NCBI RefSeq assembly: GCF_006345805.1
Contig: NC_043005.1
Span: forward strand, 21,576,001-21,640,000
From: Octopus sinensis
Lineage: Eukaryota
Length of the DNA stretch: 64,000 bases
Direction of reading: 5' to 3'
The translations under genes and the position numbers were made by a program. The notes beneath the pieces are model-generated. The model was not told the origin of the DNA. It saw only the letters and a program-made list of their open reading frames with translations, and did not search any database. Of this stretch, positions 13,340 through 26,797 are shown in pieces (the stretch's first letter is position 1; each line of letters starts with the position of its first letter).

Positions 13340-14270
13340 ACAAAGATCCCTTATCTGATGGTCAATGTGGAAGCAAGGGATAGATGAGTGGTTAGTGAGA
13401 GCTAGACAAACCATCTACAGGGAAGCTGCCGGTAAGATGTAGGTTTGTAACGGGCATAGCAATGAATTCAGTGAACAAGTAAGGGTTCACTAAGGATCAG
13501 TTCTCAGCCCCACCTTGTTTATCATAGTCCTTCAGGCCTTAACAGAGAAATTTAAGAGCTCCCCTATGCTTATGACCTTGATCTTATGTTGAATCACTAC
13601 CTGACCTTGAGAAGAAATTTCAAGTGTGGAAGCAAGGCCTGAAATCTAAGGGCCTTAGAGTTAATTTAGCAAAAAACAAAGTCCTAGTAAGTAGGAAAAC
13701 AGACAAATCACAAGGCCCCTTAGAGAGATGGCACGGTTCGATGTATAAGAAGTGTGTTGTTAGAAATTCCGTATGCTCTACCTAGAGCAAGTTTTGGACA
13801 CATACGAGGTGTGACAGTATCACAGGAAGGTTAACAGAGAATATAATCTTTGTATGTGGCAAATGTGCGAATACAACAATCACTAAAAATGCACAGACAA
13901 TAGACTTGCTCAAATGCTCGGAGGAATCATCAGAAATAGTAGGTAGCCTCTGTTACCTAGGTGACAAAGTTAGCAGTGGAGGAGAATGTTCTGAAAGTGA
14001 AGTTGCTATAATAAGAACAGGCTGGGCGAAGTTTACTTTTGTTGGTAACTAAAGGCCTCTCCCTCAGTGTGAAAGGCAGATTGCATGATACCTGTGTACA
14101 TACAGCTATACTACACGACAGTGAAACATGGGCTTTGACTATAGAGGAGTTCTGAAAGCTTGAAAGAATTGATGCTAGCATGCTCCACTAGATGAGTAAT
14201 GTCAATTTGCACATCATATGTGTGAAAGAGAGAAGACTGTGTTGGTTTAGTTATGAGATAGGTATGGACA
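13340..14270 (+). mobile_element. Decayed RTE-clade LINE reverse transcriptase fragment
   Basis: GSVLSPTLFIIVLQALTE and YAYDL (YADD-like) motifs; homologous to 23400-25545 and 30200-30830. Confidence 0.75.
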
Positions 14271-14710
14271 TGTCAACCTCTCCTAGGCTGGCACCATGAT
14301 GAAATACACCCAGTACACTCTGCAAAGTGGTTGGTGTTAAGAAACCCAGCCAAATATAACAAGAAAGTGAGAAGTGGGGCTACCACCATGGTTTGAAAAG
14401 CAGCAACTTTGAATAAGAGGTGACTCAGGTTTATTCAACTTGTCAAGTTTGTACAGAAGCATATTATGGATTATAAATTATAGTTTATAAATGTAACATT
14501 CTTCTCTCTACTTTGTGTTTCATACAATACTCTGTAGTATTCAGAAGCAAACTGTGCATTTACTACTCAATCAGAAGTACAAGTGAAATTCACTCTGGTT
14601 ATCTTTTGATTACCACTCATCAATATAGTGAGCCAAGCTGAATGATCAAAAAATAATTTGCCTGGATTTTACCATGACTGTGCCTTTGTGTTGAGTGTGA
14701 GTGCATGTGT

Positions 14711-14864
14711 TATGTATGTATGTATGTATGTATGTATGTATGTATGTATGTATGTATGTATGTATGTATGTATGTATGTATGTATGTATGTATGTATGTA
14801 TGTACGTATGTTTGTATGTATGTATGTATGTATGTATGTATGTATGTATGTATGTATGTATGTA
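14711..14864. repeat. (TATG)n microsatellite
   Basis: Directly visible; source of the MYVC/HTYI ORFs. Confidence 0.98.
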
Positions 14865-15188
14865 TACATGCATTAAGTATGTATGACTATGCACATACAC
14901 TTATTTGTATGTATATGTACATATACAGGATTATGCACAAATTATGCATGAGTGTAAATTTCTTTCAATGAATGTCTTAATATCTGAAATTCTAAATATT
15001 TCAAATACATATATGTGTATGTGTTTAAAGTACATGTGTATGTATTTGTATTTATATCTATGTGCAAATTACTTTCATTTGATTCACTCAATACCTTTCA
15101 TTCTCCTCATTCTCACCTGCTTTATTTCCTCATTTTCACCCTCTTCAATATACTCACAACTAATATCAATTTCTCTTTTCAATTTCAG

Positions 15189-15359
15189 CTTATGCACGTA
15201 TTGACTGTGGGCCTCCCAAAGACATTGTTGATACATTAAAGTCCTACAAAACTACTGCCTATAAATCTGAAGTACTCTATACTTGCTCAGATGGAATACA
15301 ACTAAAGTCAATATGTCAAAAGGACAACAAATGGACTCCAGTAGCATCTTCCTGTAAAG
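15189..15359 (+). CDS. Exon S2: short Sushi/CCP domain (171 nt, phase 1-1)
   Basis: tttcag|CT TAT GCA...TGT AAA G|gtaaca; YARIDCGPPKDIVDTLKSYKTTAYKSEVLYTCSDGIQLKSICQKDNKWTPVASSCK. Confidence 0.88.
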
Positions 15360-17607
15360 GTAACATAAATGCCTTCCTTCCTATTGCCTCTGACTAAGTA
15401 ATTTTGTTAAATTTTTCTGTTAAATACTGGCTGGCACCATTACTATTTCCATGGTGTTTGCAGCTGGTGGGAAGAAGAGAGGAAGGTATCCTCAAGCAAG
15501 AGGCTTCTTCAGATGCTTGCAATGTAGAGGATTCAATTAACATTACCAAAGAGCCTGATGATGCTATTAAACTTGATGATGGATTAAGTTTACTGACCAA
15601 GAAATTGAAGGCTAGAAACTTGTCACCAGATGTATTTCAAAAAATTTCCATCCAGTAATTTTCATCCACAAGGATTCATTGTGAAGCAGATTTTTAACCA
15701 CACCCACAAAACTCTAGCAATACAAAATTCTTGCTAAGTAAACTTATTAGCTCATTAGCTATACTTCACCTCATCTTGACACATTTTTCTCTTAATTTCT
15801 TATTTAACCTTTCTCACCCATATTTTATATCATCATCCAAAACTCAGTACAATTTAATGCCTTGAGTCATTCTTCACTAAGACTCTGCAATCCTCTGAAA
15901 TAAACTTGTGCTTCTTTTGCTCTCTCTCAATTCTGCACCCTTGATTATAACAAAATTACTAATAATAATTAATTTGCACACAAAGCCAAAAATCTTTGAT
16001 GGACAGGTATTGTCATCACCATTACCCTTACAATTTGACTGAAATCCAAGGATTAGTGTCCTCTCCAATTATTGTACACTGACCAAGTTTTATGCACTCA
16101 GGTCTCCATCCACTCTTGCCATTTTTCTGCTAATTTCACCTTCATTTCAATAATTTCCCTTGAGGACAGTACTTTCCACATCATCCTCACTTGCTTTACA
16201 AGTGAAACTTTAAAAATACAGACAAGGGTGTTTACACAAGTGGAAAGTCAATGTCATTCGACCATTCAACTTCACACACCAATCACCCTCTTTCTGTATA
16301 GCTATGAAACAGAGGAAAACTGCCTTCTCCATCCTGTTAAAGGAGGTCAACTTGTTATCTTTATGATGGACTTGACTAACAGCCACATCCATCCCCCATA
16401 CAACAACAACAGATATATTTAACTCCATAAATCAGCAATACTTGGATGTTGAATTAGTGCATGCAAAATGGTTTTGTTTTATTGCCTGAATATCAAACAG
16501 CCTCTCTGATGGTACTTATATGACTGGAGTCCTTTGGTAGCTCTGCCAAACCAAGAACTTCAGAAAGTTGTCTATAGTATTCCCTGACAAAATGTCCTCC
16601 AAAACACAACTTAGCAGTTCGTTGTTCATCAATACTCAGGACAGCCCTAAGAATGTCAGCACTCTATCCCTCCACTAACACTCAATGGATTGCTAGAGTG
16701 GAACATCCTCCAATCCCTTTGCCCAGATCAGATTTGATCCTGCATTCTATATCTTCTGAAATCCTGAAATACACTTTTTAAAGATCGTTCGGAATGATCA
16801 AGGGAGATATTGTTTATAGTTCTAACACATTATATGCCCAGATAGGGCCTTTCATAATAGCTGGTAAATTTCAGATTTATTATCACAAGCTAAATTATTT
16901 CACACAGTTTATCTTCTGGTGTAATTTGTTGCCTTATTCAACACCACCACCTGGCCTTTGAGTGGTCTTGGTGATGGTGATGGACACTATTTGATCCAAT
17001 CTTAATATATCTATTACAGTTGCAAACATTCATATTGACCAAGAGTTGCTCAGGCTGAGCATGAACCACTTTAATCTCATGTATGTAGGAGAGAATGTGA
17101 CCTGAGAATTTCATGGCTAAGTGGTTTCTGCCAGGGATAGCTTATGAAAGCATATAAATACCATCTCATTGTAATCAATTATGTATTCTTTTGTTTAGGT
17201 ACATGGCTGAACAAAGTTAGAGAAAGCATTGAGACTGTGTGGTATTCATGTCTTTCTCAATGGCACTAGCTGTCTATGTAACATGAACTGATTTAGACTG
17301 AGAATGAAACATTGATCATTGACTCACACCACTCAATCCAAAATTTATACTAAAAGAATAACTGTGGAAAAATACTGAGAGTCATTTCCTGCATGGGGAA
17401 CATACAGAAAAATGGCTACTTTTTGAATGAAAATATGATTAATTAAAATTTTACTCTAATTCATCATTAAAATAGAGAGTCGGATCAAAAAATTTAGATG
17501 ACACAACCATATAAACATAATTGCTATTTCTCTTCCTGTAATTAAAATTTAGTGAATTCAAATTTCTTTGCTTACTATATTAAGTTGTGAGAATCCACAT
17601 TTACTAC

Positions 17608-17764
17608 ATTCTCTTACTTGTTTCAATCATTTGACTGCAGCCATGCTGAAGCACCACCTTTAGTCGAACAAATTGACCCCCAGGATTGCCGAACCACTAA
17701 GTTACAGGGGACATGAGCACACCAACATCAGTTATCAAGCAATAGTGTGGGGACAAACACAGAA

Positions 17765-17818
<54 letters not shown>

Positions 17819-17980
17819 ATCTTCTTTCAGTTTCTATCTACCAAATCCACTCACAAGGCTTTGGTCAGCCTGAGGTTATAGTAGAAGACATTTGCTTAAG
17901 GTGCCATGCAGTGGGACTGAACCAGAAATCATGTGGTTGAGAAGCAAGCTTCTTACCTCACAGCCACTCCTGCACCTATA
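17608..17980 (-). mobile_element. tRNA-type SINE with internal (CA)n(TA)n (other copies or parts ~29225-29625, 39890-39960, 50180-50270, 60610-60770)
   Basis: Recurrent ctaccaaatccactcacaaggctttggtc...gggactgaacc...gcttcttacc block and atttgactgcagccatgctg block. Confidence 0.7.
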
Positions 17981-18038
17981 TATATAGAATTGTTGTTATT
18001 GTTATTTTTCATTCACCTAAATTTTACTTTAACTTTAG

Positions 18039-18278
18039 ATCCTCAGCTCCATTTTGTGAAAATAAAAGATGCAGCTCTGGATGTACCTGGGAAAAAATTG
18101 TTGGATAAGCAAGATGTAACAGCAGATGAATGTGCAGAAAAGTGTCTGTCTGATGAAAGTTGTTTATCATTTGAAATAACCAAAGGAAATAGAAAATGTT
18201 ACTTATCAGAGAAATCTGCAGTCACCTCCAAGAAATTAAAGGGAAACAAAGACAGAGATTACTATCAACGAGTAAAAC
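18039..18278 (+). CDS. Exon B2: PAN/Apple domain, subtype B (240 nt, phase 1-1)
   Basis: ctttag|AT CCT CAG...GTA AAA C|gtaatt; PQLHFVKIKDAALDVPGKKLLDKQDVTADECAEKCLSDESCLSFEITKGNRKCYLSEKSAVTSKKLKGNKDRDYYQRVK. Confidence 0.9.
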
Positions 18279-18935
18279 GTAATTATTTTTTGGTATTTTA
18301 TTACTGGAATTCTCTTTTCTATTATTTCTGGAATTTGTGACTCGGTTTGTACTTCACACTATATAGACCCCAATTTCTGTAAAGGCATTGACAGGTTTAC
18401 CTATAAGGCCAGATATACACAAATTCCAGAAATAAGCAATATTAGGAAATGTAAATACTGATAAGACATTCTCATACAACTTTTATTCACCTTGAACAAT
18501 TTGATGAATGTTTTTGATTGTTTTTTTATGTAAGAAAGGAAATTCTTTTTGTTTTTCTTCAACCTGAGGAGTAGTGGTGGTGGTGGTGGTAGCATTAGCA
18601 ATAACAGCAGCTTTTTCTTCATTTCTCCATGTTAGCGCCACTTAGTACTGTTACAACACAATGTCTTGGCTCTAGTTTTTGTCCTTCATTATCCAGTATT
18701 CAAAATAACAGAAAATGAATTACCAGTTTATGTAGTTGTATATTTCCTATATTTTCTCATGGTTAATGTAGCAAGATACCCTTCCTACCATCAACCATTA
18801 CACTAAATGAAGTGAGTATAGTTTCCCCATGTGTGTGCAGAGTGATATATTTATTACTTTATAACAAATCAGAGACATGAAAATGAAGCAACAAACATAA
18901 GATCCCATCCTTGAACAAGGACAAAAGACAGATTG

Positions 18936-18939
<4 letters not shown>

Positions 18940-18999
<60 letters not shown>
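18940..18999. repeat. (CA)n microsatellite
   Basis: Directly visible. Confidence 0.98.
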
Positions 19000-19000
<1 letters not shown>

Positions 19001-19140
19001 ATGTATACATATATGTACATCTACAGATCTATCTTCTATACACATAAAAAACATAAACACATACACGTACACACACACTCTCACACATGTGTGTATATAC
19101 ACACTCATACAAAGATACATACATATACATACATACATCT

Positions 19141-20065
19141 ATTACATGCGAAAAAGCAAGCAAGAGAAATAATATTCTTAAGATTATAAATCTGGAAAAG
19201 TACAGAACAAGTTATTACACTTTGAAAGGTTCAGGACATGTTATTACATTTAGTAAAGTACAGAAGAGAATTTTTATTTAAAGTATTGCAGCTGAGGATA
19301 AAATTTCAAATAGAATATTTAGATTTAGAAAATATTAGCTTTTATTAAAACTAGAAATTTTATTACAACTTATTACTTCTATTTATTATTACTCAGGCTC
19401 CCCAGACCCCAGTTGAACCGTCCAACCCATGCTAGCATGGAAAGCGGACGTTAAATGATGATGATGATGTTACTTCTATTAAAAATATAAAATAACTTAA
19501 AATATTTTTTGCACTTTAAAAAAATTCTTTTTTTTCCTGTTAATTAACAATTAGCAATTTGAAAATAGGTTATAAAAATAATAGTAGTACATTATTAGTA
19601 AGTACAATAAATAGAATAATACAAAAATTAGTTATATATTACAGTAAAATCTACCCATGGCAACAAATTCACAGTAAAATTTGCTTGTGTTATTGCCTAA
19701 ATTCTTGCCAAGTCTTCACAGTTTTAGTCTTGACCTAATGTCTATTTTTTACATAATGAATTTGCCTACCATACATACTATTCTACTTTGCATAAAACTT
19801 TAGCTATAATTGTACTTCTGTTTCTAATTTTTTAAGTATTCTAGTGTGTCAATATTTTAACAAAATGATGATACCTTTTTTAATTACGTTACTTTGTAAA
19901 TTAAAATCAAATAATTTTTAATATTCAAATTTTATCCTTAGCTGCAATATTTTAATAAAAATTTTCTTGTTCTGTACTTTACCAGATGTAATAAGCTGTC
20001 CTGTACTTTTCCAGGTTTATAATCTTAAGAATATTATTTCTCTTGCTTGCATTTTTCCATGTAAT
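19141..20065. mobile_element. Foldback/MITE-like element with ~150-180 bp terminal inverted repeats; RTE tail inserted at 19396-19469
   Basis: attacatgcgaaaaagcaagcaagagaaataatattcttaagattataaa... is mirrored at ...ttataatcttaagaatattatttctcttgcttgcatttttccatgtaat. Confidence 0.8.
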
Positions 20066-20994
20066 CCATGATTTTTTTCCAGGGTATGCTATTATGCTAA
20101 TTAATAATGTGTCAATAATTTAAGATTTTACCTCATTGAAAATTGTCTATCATTTAAACTGACATAATTAAATTAATTGCAAATTATCAGTGTCATTGAT
20201 AATTTTTTTCCTTACCTCATTGATGCCAGCGACATCTATTAAAAGTCCCCTTATAGAACTATATTCATAAAAAAGTGTAGAGTTGTATCATCACCCCCAA
20301 ATTTGAGAAGCAAACACTCACAACTTTTTTATTTTGAAATTTTATTGCATGAGACTGATACCATGAAATTCCTCAAATTGTGCTCTATCAGTTAAGCTTA
20401 ATCAAAATATAGTTTGTTTTTAAAATACAAAAATTAATTATACTTAAATCCAACTTTTTGCCTTACTTATATTTTTTTCATGAAATTTTTACCTCACAAC
20501 TTTTTTGATACAAATTTGTTTTGCATGAAACCAAAACTATGAAATTTCTCTAACATTGAAGCTAATTTGCTTTTAAAATAAAAAAAGTTATTTAGATCTA
20601 AGCATAATTGGTGGCATTACTTACTCTCCTATAATGTTACTACAAATTTTGATGTAAACTTTTTTCTACTGGATCAAATCTCAATATATTTTTATGCCAA
20701 AATCTAGCTAGGGACCAGTTCTCTTCAAAAATGTTAACAGTTTTCAATTTGGTTAAGAACTGAATTAGCGAGGAAGCTCTGAAAGATACTGCGTGTGAGT
20801 AAATTGCAACCTTAAGAATATTATTCAACTACTACCATAGTTGGATGATTAACTACTACTGTAGTTGAATGATATACATCTACATATACATATACCCAGA
20901 TGAACATATATATATATGTATTTGCATATATATGTATACATACACAATTACATATATATGTATACACATACACACTCACACACACACATATATA

Positions 20995-22242
20995 TTGGGT
21001 CATCCCATAAATAATGCGGTTTTTTATACTTCTTTTATTTTTCAAAATTAAGATAAAGTTTTTTTTAAATCTAAAATATACTCTCTTTTTTTACAATGCT
21101 CTTCCATTTTATGATGTTCTTTATCTGATAGACTTGCAAGGCCTCTCTTCCAAAATTCACCTATCCATGTTAAAAAAATACTCCTCCAATACTGTTCTGA
21201 CCTTGTCTACAGAATTCTTATTTTTTTCTATCCAAATGATTTTGAAGGCTGCAGAATAAATGATAATCAGATGGGGCAATGTCCAGCAAATATGGTGTGT
21301 CGGTCATCTTCACTGTATGTGGCCAAGCATTCCCTTATGGAAGAACACCTTTCATCTTGAAACCAATGATGGTTGTTTTCCTTCTAGTGCTGACTTAAGC
21401 CACTCAAGCTACTTACAATAGATCTCTTTTGTTATCATTTTGTTTGAGTTTAAATGTTCAAAGTGGACTCAGCCTTTCATATCCCACTAAATAGCTAACA
21501 ACACCTTACATGGGTGAGACCTCTAGCCTGGAGTACCAGTGTTTCTCCTTTCTCTACCCACCGTCTTCAGCTTTTGACATTTTTATACAGAACCCATTAC
21601 TCGTTGCCAATCACTATTCAAAAAAGGCTCATTCATGAGTTATGACAGCAAAGAAGAGCACACATTCACTTCCTGCATGCGATTAGACTCAGAAAGTTTA
21701 CAAGGGACTCATTGACTCAATTTACTAACTTTTCTAATGACACACAGGTGGCCAGGTGTCAATGAATGGTTGAATGGCTAAATCCAAGCTTTTCTGCTAG
21801 TTCCACAACAGTTACAATGGGATTTTGTTCCACCAAGGTTTGCAGAGCATCCTCATCAAGCTTTACATATTTCAGGATGAGGCTCATCTTCTAGGCTGTA
21901 ATTTCCGGCTCAGAATTACTAGAGCCACCATTGACTCTGACTTATTCATATTGTCCGATCCCCATATAATGCATTAATATCCTTTCACTTTCCATTGCAT
22001 TGTTGCCTTTATTGAACTCATAATGCAAAATATACTGAATAAGCTTCTTTGTCACTTTCATTATAGCTTCAAAAAAATAACTGGCAAAATCAACTTGCAC
22101 TCTTCAAAACTTTCACTAAGAATTTGTACAAGGTAAAATTACTACCTGCTTTTATAGCTTGATACAGGTAGTTTACCCCACTCCTCCTCCAACTTCTAGT
22201 TCATGCAATTGAAAAAATTGCATTATTTATGGGATAACCCGA
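20995..22242 (-). mobile_element. Full-length decayed mariner with TIRs and TA target sites
   Basis: TA|ttgggtcatcccataaataatgc ... gcattatttatgggataacccga|TA; the reverse complement matches the transposase at 53854-55073. Confidence 0.9.
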
Positions 22243-22249
22243 TATATAT

Positions 22250-23400
22250 CATGATCATCATCAAATGTCTTCCATGCATGCATGGATAGAACAGTTCACA
22301 GGAGTTGGCCAAGTAGAAAAACTACCCTATGCTACAGTGTCTGTTTTGGCAGGGTTTTTATGGCTAGATGCTCTTCCTAACACCAACCACTCTGCAGAGT
22401 GGACTCAGTACTTTTTACGTGGCACTAGCACAGCCAAGATAAGTTTTGGTATGATTTTTACAGCTGGATGCCCTTCCAAATGCCAACCACTTTACAGTGT
22501 GGACTGGATGCATTTTGTATAGTCCCAGCACTGGCAGTGTCACCCTGTAGCTCACAAGACAAGGGATTATGAGAAAGGCAGGGGAATTTGTGGAGGGGAG
22601 CTTGTGCCAGAGGATGAAATGTTAAAGGAGGTCAAAGAGACAAACAGGCAAAAACAGGTGTCTTGCTATAATGGAGGGGGCACTAGAGGAGGTGATCCAA
22701 TATCAGATGATGAAAGGTTAAAGTGTGACAGAGAAATAGGGTAGCAGAAACAGATGTCCTACTATAGCAGACGTACATGGTTACCCACTGAGAAACAGAG
22801 AGAGAGAGAGAGTGACCAAGAATGAGGACAGAAATAGGCGTGCTGCTGTAGAAGGAAGAGTAAGGGGGAGAGAGAGAGAGAGAGAGAGTAGGAAACAGCA
22901 AAAGTGTAAGATAGCTAGAGAGAGATGGTGAAGTGCCAGGGTATACTCTCAAGTAACAAGGATCAGAGTATAGATATGATGGTAGAGTAAAGAAAAGAGA
23001 GGTATGAAGGTCATAATATATGCAGTCTTGTGTTGCCAAGAAGGCACAAGTAGGGAGTGGGGATTACAGTGACTGGTGGAAACCTAGGTAGAGGGCAGCA
23101 AGGGTAGGAAAGGGGATTGGAAGATAATCTTAGTTTATGAAGAAGAAAAGTGTTGAAGAGAAAGATACTATTTAGAAGAGGAAATGTAGTTCGGTTTCTT
23201 GGGTAGGGTGTGTTAAAAGTTTGCTGTTACATGTGGATGGGACACAACCCTTCTAGCACTTAGTTACATTGATGTGGGTGGGTCTTCTCTAGAATCTTAT
23301 ATCACCAAACATTTCTGTCCATTGTCATTTCCTCCATAATCCCCAACATCCTAAGATCAGTCCTCACTACTTCATCCCAAAGAAGATGTTTGCCAATGTC
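22250..23400 (-). mobile_element. Old RTE LINE 3' part (ORF C-terminus + long 3' UTR)
   Basis: The minus strand near 23300-23380 reads WDEVVRTDLRMLGIMEEMTMDRNVW; the terminus at 22250-22520 resembles other RTE tails. Confidence 0.6.
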
Positions 23401-25545
23401 CTGCAGCATGAAGATCAGAGACTTCAGGTATTCCAGATTGTGAGACAGTGTGTCAGAGAGAATCGAGATATTGTGGAAGAGAAATGTGTATGGATGGTCA
23501 ATGGTATGCTTGCACCTAGTGACGTGGACAAGAAAGAGGCATAGGAAGGTTACAATGCAAGGCTAATGAAAGTGGAGAAGAATGGGATAAAGGGAGTCAC
23601 CTTCATGTAAACCCAGCAGAGGGGCCAGCTATACTAGCGGAGAGCAGTATAGTAGATAAGGCAATTAAAGATACAAAAACAGTGATAACTCATGGTTCAT
23701 CTGGAGTTGCTGCTAAGATGCACAAAATATCTTGTGAAATAGGATCCAGAATAGTCACCTGCATAGTTAATCAGGTTATTCAGGAAGGTGTAATGCCCAC
23801 TGACTGGTGTAGCAGCATTATTGTTAGCTGCTACAAGGGTAAGGGAGATACTTTAGATAGAAGCTATTACAGAGGCATCAAACTTCTAGACCAGGTGAGA
23901 AAAATTATGGAGTTATGGCCCAATTAATTAGAAGCAGAAGTAGGGTAGATGAAATGCAGTGTGGCTTTGCCCTGGAGAGAAGCACTACTGGTGCTATTTT
24001 CATAGTCTGGCAACTGCACAAGAAATCTTTAGTCAAGAATAAACCATTATAATTTGCATTTACTGGTCTAGAGAAAGCCTTTGATAGAGTGCCTAGCTGT
24101 TTGATATAGTGGACTCTGAGGAGGCTAGGAATAGAGGAGCGACTTGTGAAAGCTGCACATGTACGGGGGAGCTCTCAGTAAAGTGAGAGTTTACTACAAG
24201 TAGATCAAAGAATTTAGTGTACATGTAGATGTTCATCAAGGCTCAGTCTTCAGTCCTCTACATTTCATCATTGTCCTCGAGGCCATTACAGACAAATTCA
24301 AGATTGGCAACCCCTGGGAAATACTATGTGCTGATGATCTTGCCCTTCTGTATCAGAGCTAGGATAGAAAATCCATGTGTGGAAGCAAAACCTGAAATTT
24401 AAAGGCCTTAAGGTTAACTTAGCAAAGACTAAAGTTTTAGTAAGCAAGAAAATAGACAGAAACCTACACACTTCAAGCCCTGCTAGATTTGTATGAAAGG
24501 TGTTGGCAGAAACTCAATACAGTGTACCCAGTGTAAGCTATGGACGGGCACACAAGATGTGCATTGGAAAATTCAGAAGTTTATCTGAGAAAGTAGTGTT
24601 TGTGGAAGATGCACTGGATCCATAAAAACTACAGATGCTAAAGAGATTGATTGTCTCAAATAACCTGGTGACTCATTAGAAATAGTGTTTATTTTATGCT
24701 ACCTAGGGGACCAAATTAGTAGAGGGAGAGGATATACAGATAGTGTAATAGCTAGAATCTGAATAGGAGGGGGAAATTCAGAGAGCTTTTACCTTTGTTG
24801 GCCACCAAAGATTTCTCTCTCTGAGTGAAAGGAAGATTGTATAATGCATAAATATGGACAGCAATTTTACATGGTCATGAGATGAAGGCCCCGAATGTAG
24901 GGGAAATATGAATGTGAGAGAGGAATGAGTCTAGTATGCTCTGCTGGATATGTAATGTAAGTGTTCATGTTCAACAGTGCTAGTGTATTAAGTGGGAAGT
25001 TAGATTTAAGAGGAAGTAGTTGCAGTGTTCTAGAGAGAAAAATTCACTGGTTAGATCATGTGATGTAGATAAATGCTGACAGCTTCATAAAGAAGTGCTG
25101 TTCTCTCAAAGTAGATGGATTATGTGAAAGAAGAAGACACAGGAAACCATGGGACAAAATACTGAGGGACAACTTCAGGATAGAAACTTTCAGATGAGAG
25201 GACAATGGTCTGAAATACCTGGCTCCTTACTATACTCAAGAAAACCTGTCCTCCACAGCAGAAGTGTTAAGGCCACATCACCTAGGGAGGAAAGTTAGCC
25301 TGCAGGAGTCATTTGCTGATGACATAAAAAACAATCATGCAGGTACCATGTAAAAGCACTCACGCTGTTGCCTTGTTAAAAGCACCCAGCACTTACTATA
25401 CAGTGGTTGGTGTTAGGAAGGGCATATAGCTGTAGAAACTGAGCCAAATCAGACTGGATCCTGGTGCAGCTCTCTAGCTCACCAGCTCTGGTCAAACCAT
25501 ATAGCCCATGCCAAGATGGAAAATGGACATTAAATGGACTTGCTG
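23400..25545 (+). mobile_element. Decayed RTE-clade LINE (RT through 3' UTR)
   Basis: ORF 23682..23927 (IVSCYKGKGDTLDRSYYRGIKLLDQ), HQGSVFSP and ADDL motifs, RTE tail at 25330-25540. Confidence 0.8.
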
Positions 25546-25789
25546 AACTTGCTGGCTTGTACCAAAATATGAAACTGAAATTTATTTTCTTCTTTCAATT
25601 TTGTTTCTATTTCTTGCTGAGTGTCCTCCAGACACCTAGAGCAAAGAAACACAGCATTTCAGTTGAAAGGTCATTAAAATAAACATATCAGTTGTTCACT
25701 AACAAAATCAAATAAAGTCAAGTATAAAAAATTATTTACATGAATGGTAGCCATTCTCACAGTGACTGCTCTTTCCAATACATGTGATG

Positions 25790-26170
25790 TACCAATAAAA
25801 ACAATCTTTTGGACTTCTTACAGGGATGGTAAGCTAGGGGTCATTCTCAATATTTTTCAGTTCCGTTTTTGATCATTCCTACTGCTCCTGCAATCACTGG
25901 TATTGTAACAGCTGCAAGATGCTACATTTTATTAATTTCACTGAGCAAATCTTTATATTTTCTGAGGTTGTCAAATTCTTTTGCAGAAATATTATGATCA
26001 ATAAGGGATACTCATGTCAATCAATAAACAAACTTTATTATTTTCGACTTTTACAACAATGTCCACTTTATTAGCTTTGTAGTTCTGTCTTTTTGTATAA
26101 GAAAGACACAAAGGATCATAACATTTTCTCCCAGTTACAGCCTAAGGATGATGCTTATACTTGTCAACAG
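25790..26170 (-). mobile_element. Decayed R4/Dong-like RLE-domain fragment
   Basis: Minus strand reads CLLIDMSIP...KYKDL...TIPVIAGAVGMIK, homologous to 26895..27710. Confidence 0.65.
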
Positions 26171-26589
26171 TTTCAATTTTATAATGCTGACATATTGACT
26201 TGTGTAAATGCTGCTCAACTCATGTCTTAATTTATCATTATTATTATTATTATTACTATTCTTATTGCTGTTGCTTTTGTTATTATTTTTCTTAATGTAA
26301 ACCCCTGTGGTTAATGAAGAAATTATTATTATTATTTAAGATGTCACACTAATAAAAATAATAATAATAAAAATAATAACAACAACAACAACAACAACAA
26401 TTATTCTAACTGGTCATGCATTGTTTATCTTGATATGAGTTCACTATGTTGTGCACATATGGTTGGGATGCATGTGCCTGGTGTACTCCTATCAGATGGG
26501 TAGTTATGATGGGTATACTGGGCTTCATATATTTTACCCGTGTCACTTTGATGGCATGCACTGCTCTCTCACTCAATAATAATGTTAAA

Positions 26590-26633
<44 letters not shown>

Positions 26634-26797
26634 TAATGATAATAATAATAATGACATGACAAAGTCGAGCAATATTTACATAAGCCAATATGTCAGTGTT
26701 ATAAAATCAAAATTGTTGATAAGTGTTATAAGCATCATCCTAAGGTTGTAATTGGGAGGAAAAAATATTTTTTATTATTAATATTATTATTATTATT

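Noticed and set aside
14646-14971. ORFs with MYVC/HTYI repeats (likewise 18798-19189, 55876-56162, 63164-63569 and the many IYIY ORFs)
   Set aside because: They are translations of microsatellites.
15404-15658. 84-aa + strand ORF after S2 (similar ORFs at 6552, 16072, 52431, 52936)
   Set aside because: Opposite-strand reads of the duplicated fossil; frames are not conserved between copies and no matching splice sites were found.
16680-16750. GKGIGG(C/S)ST in the fossil, reminiscent of the GMC-oxidoreductase GKxLGGSS motif
   Set aside because: Only a short glycine-rich match with no supporting flanking motifs; not assignable without a search.
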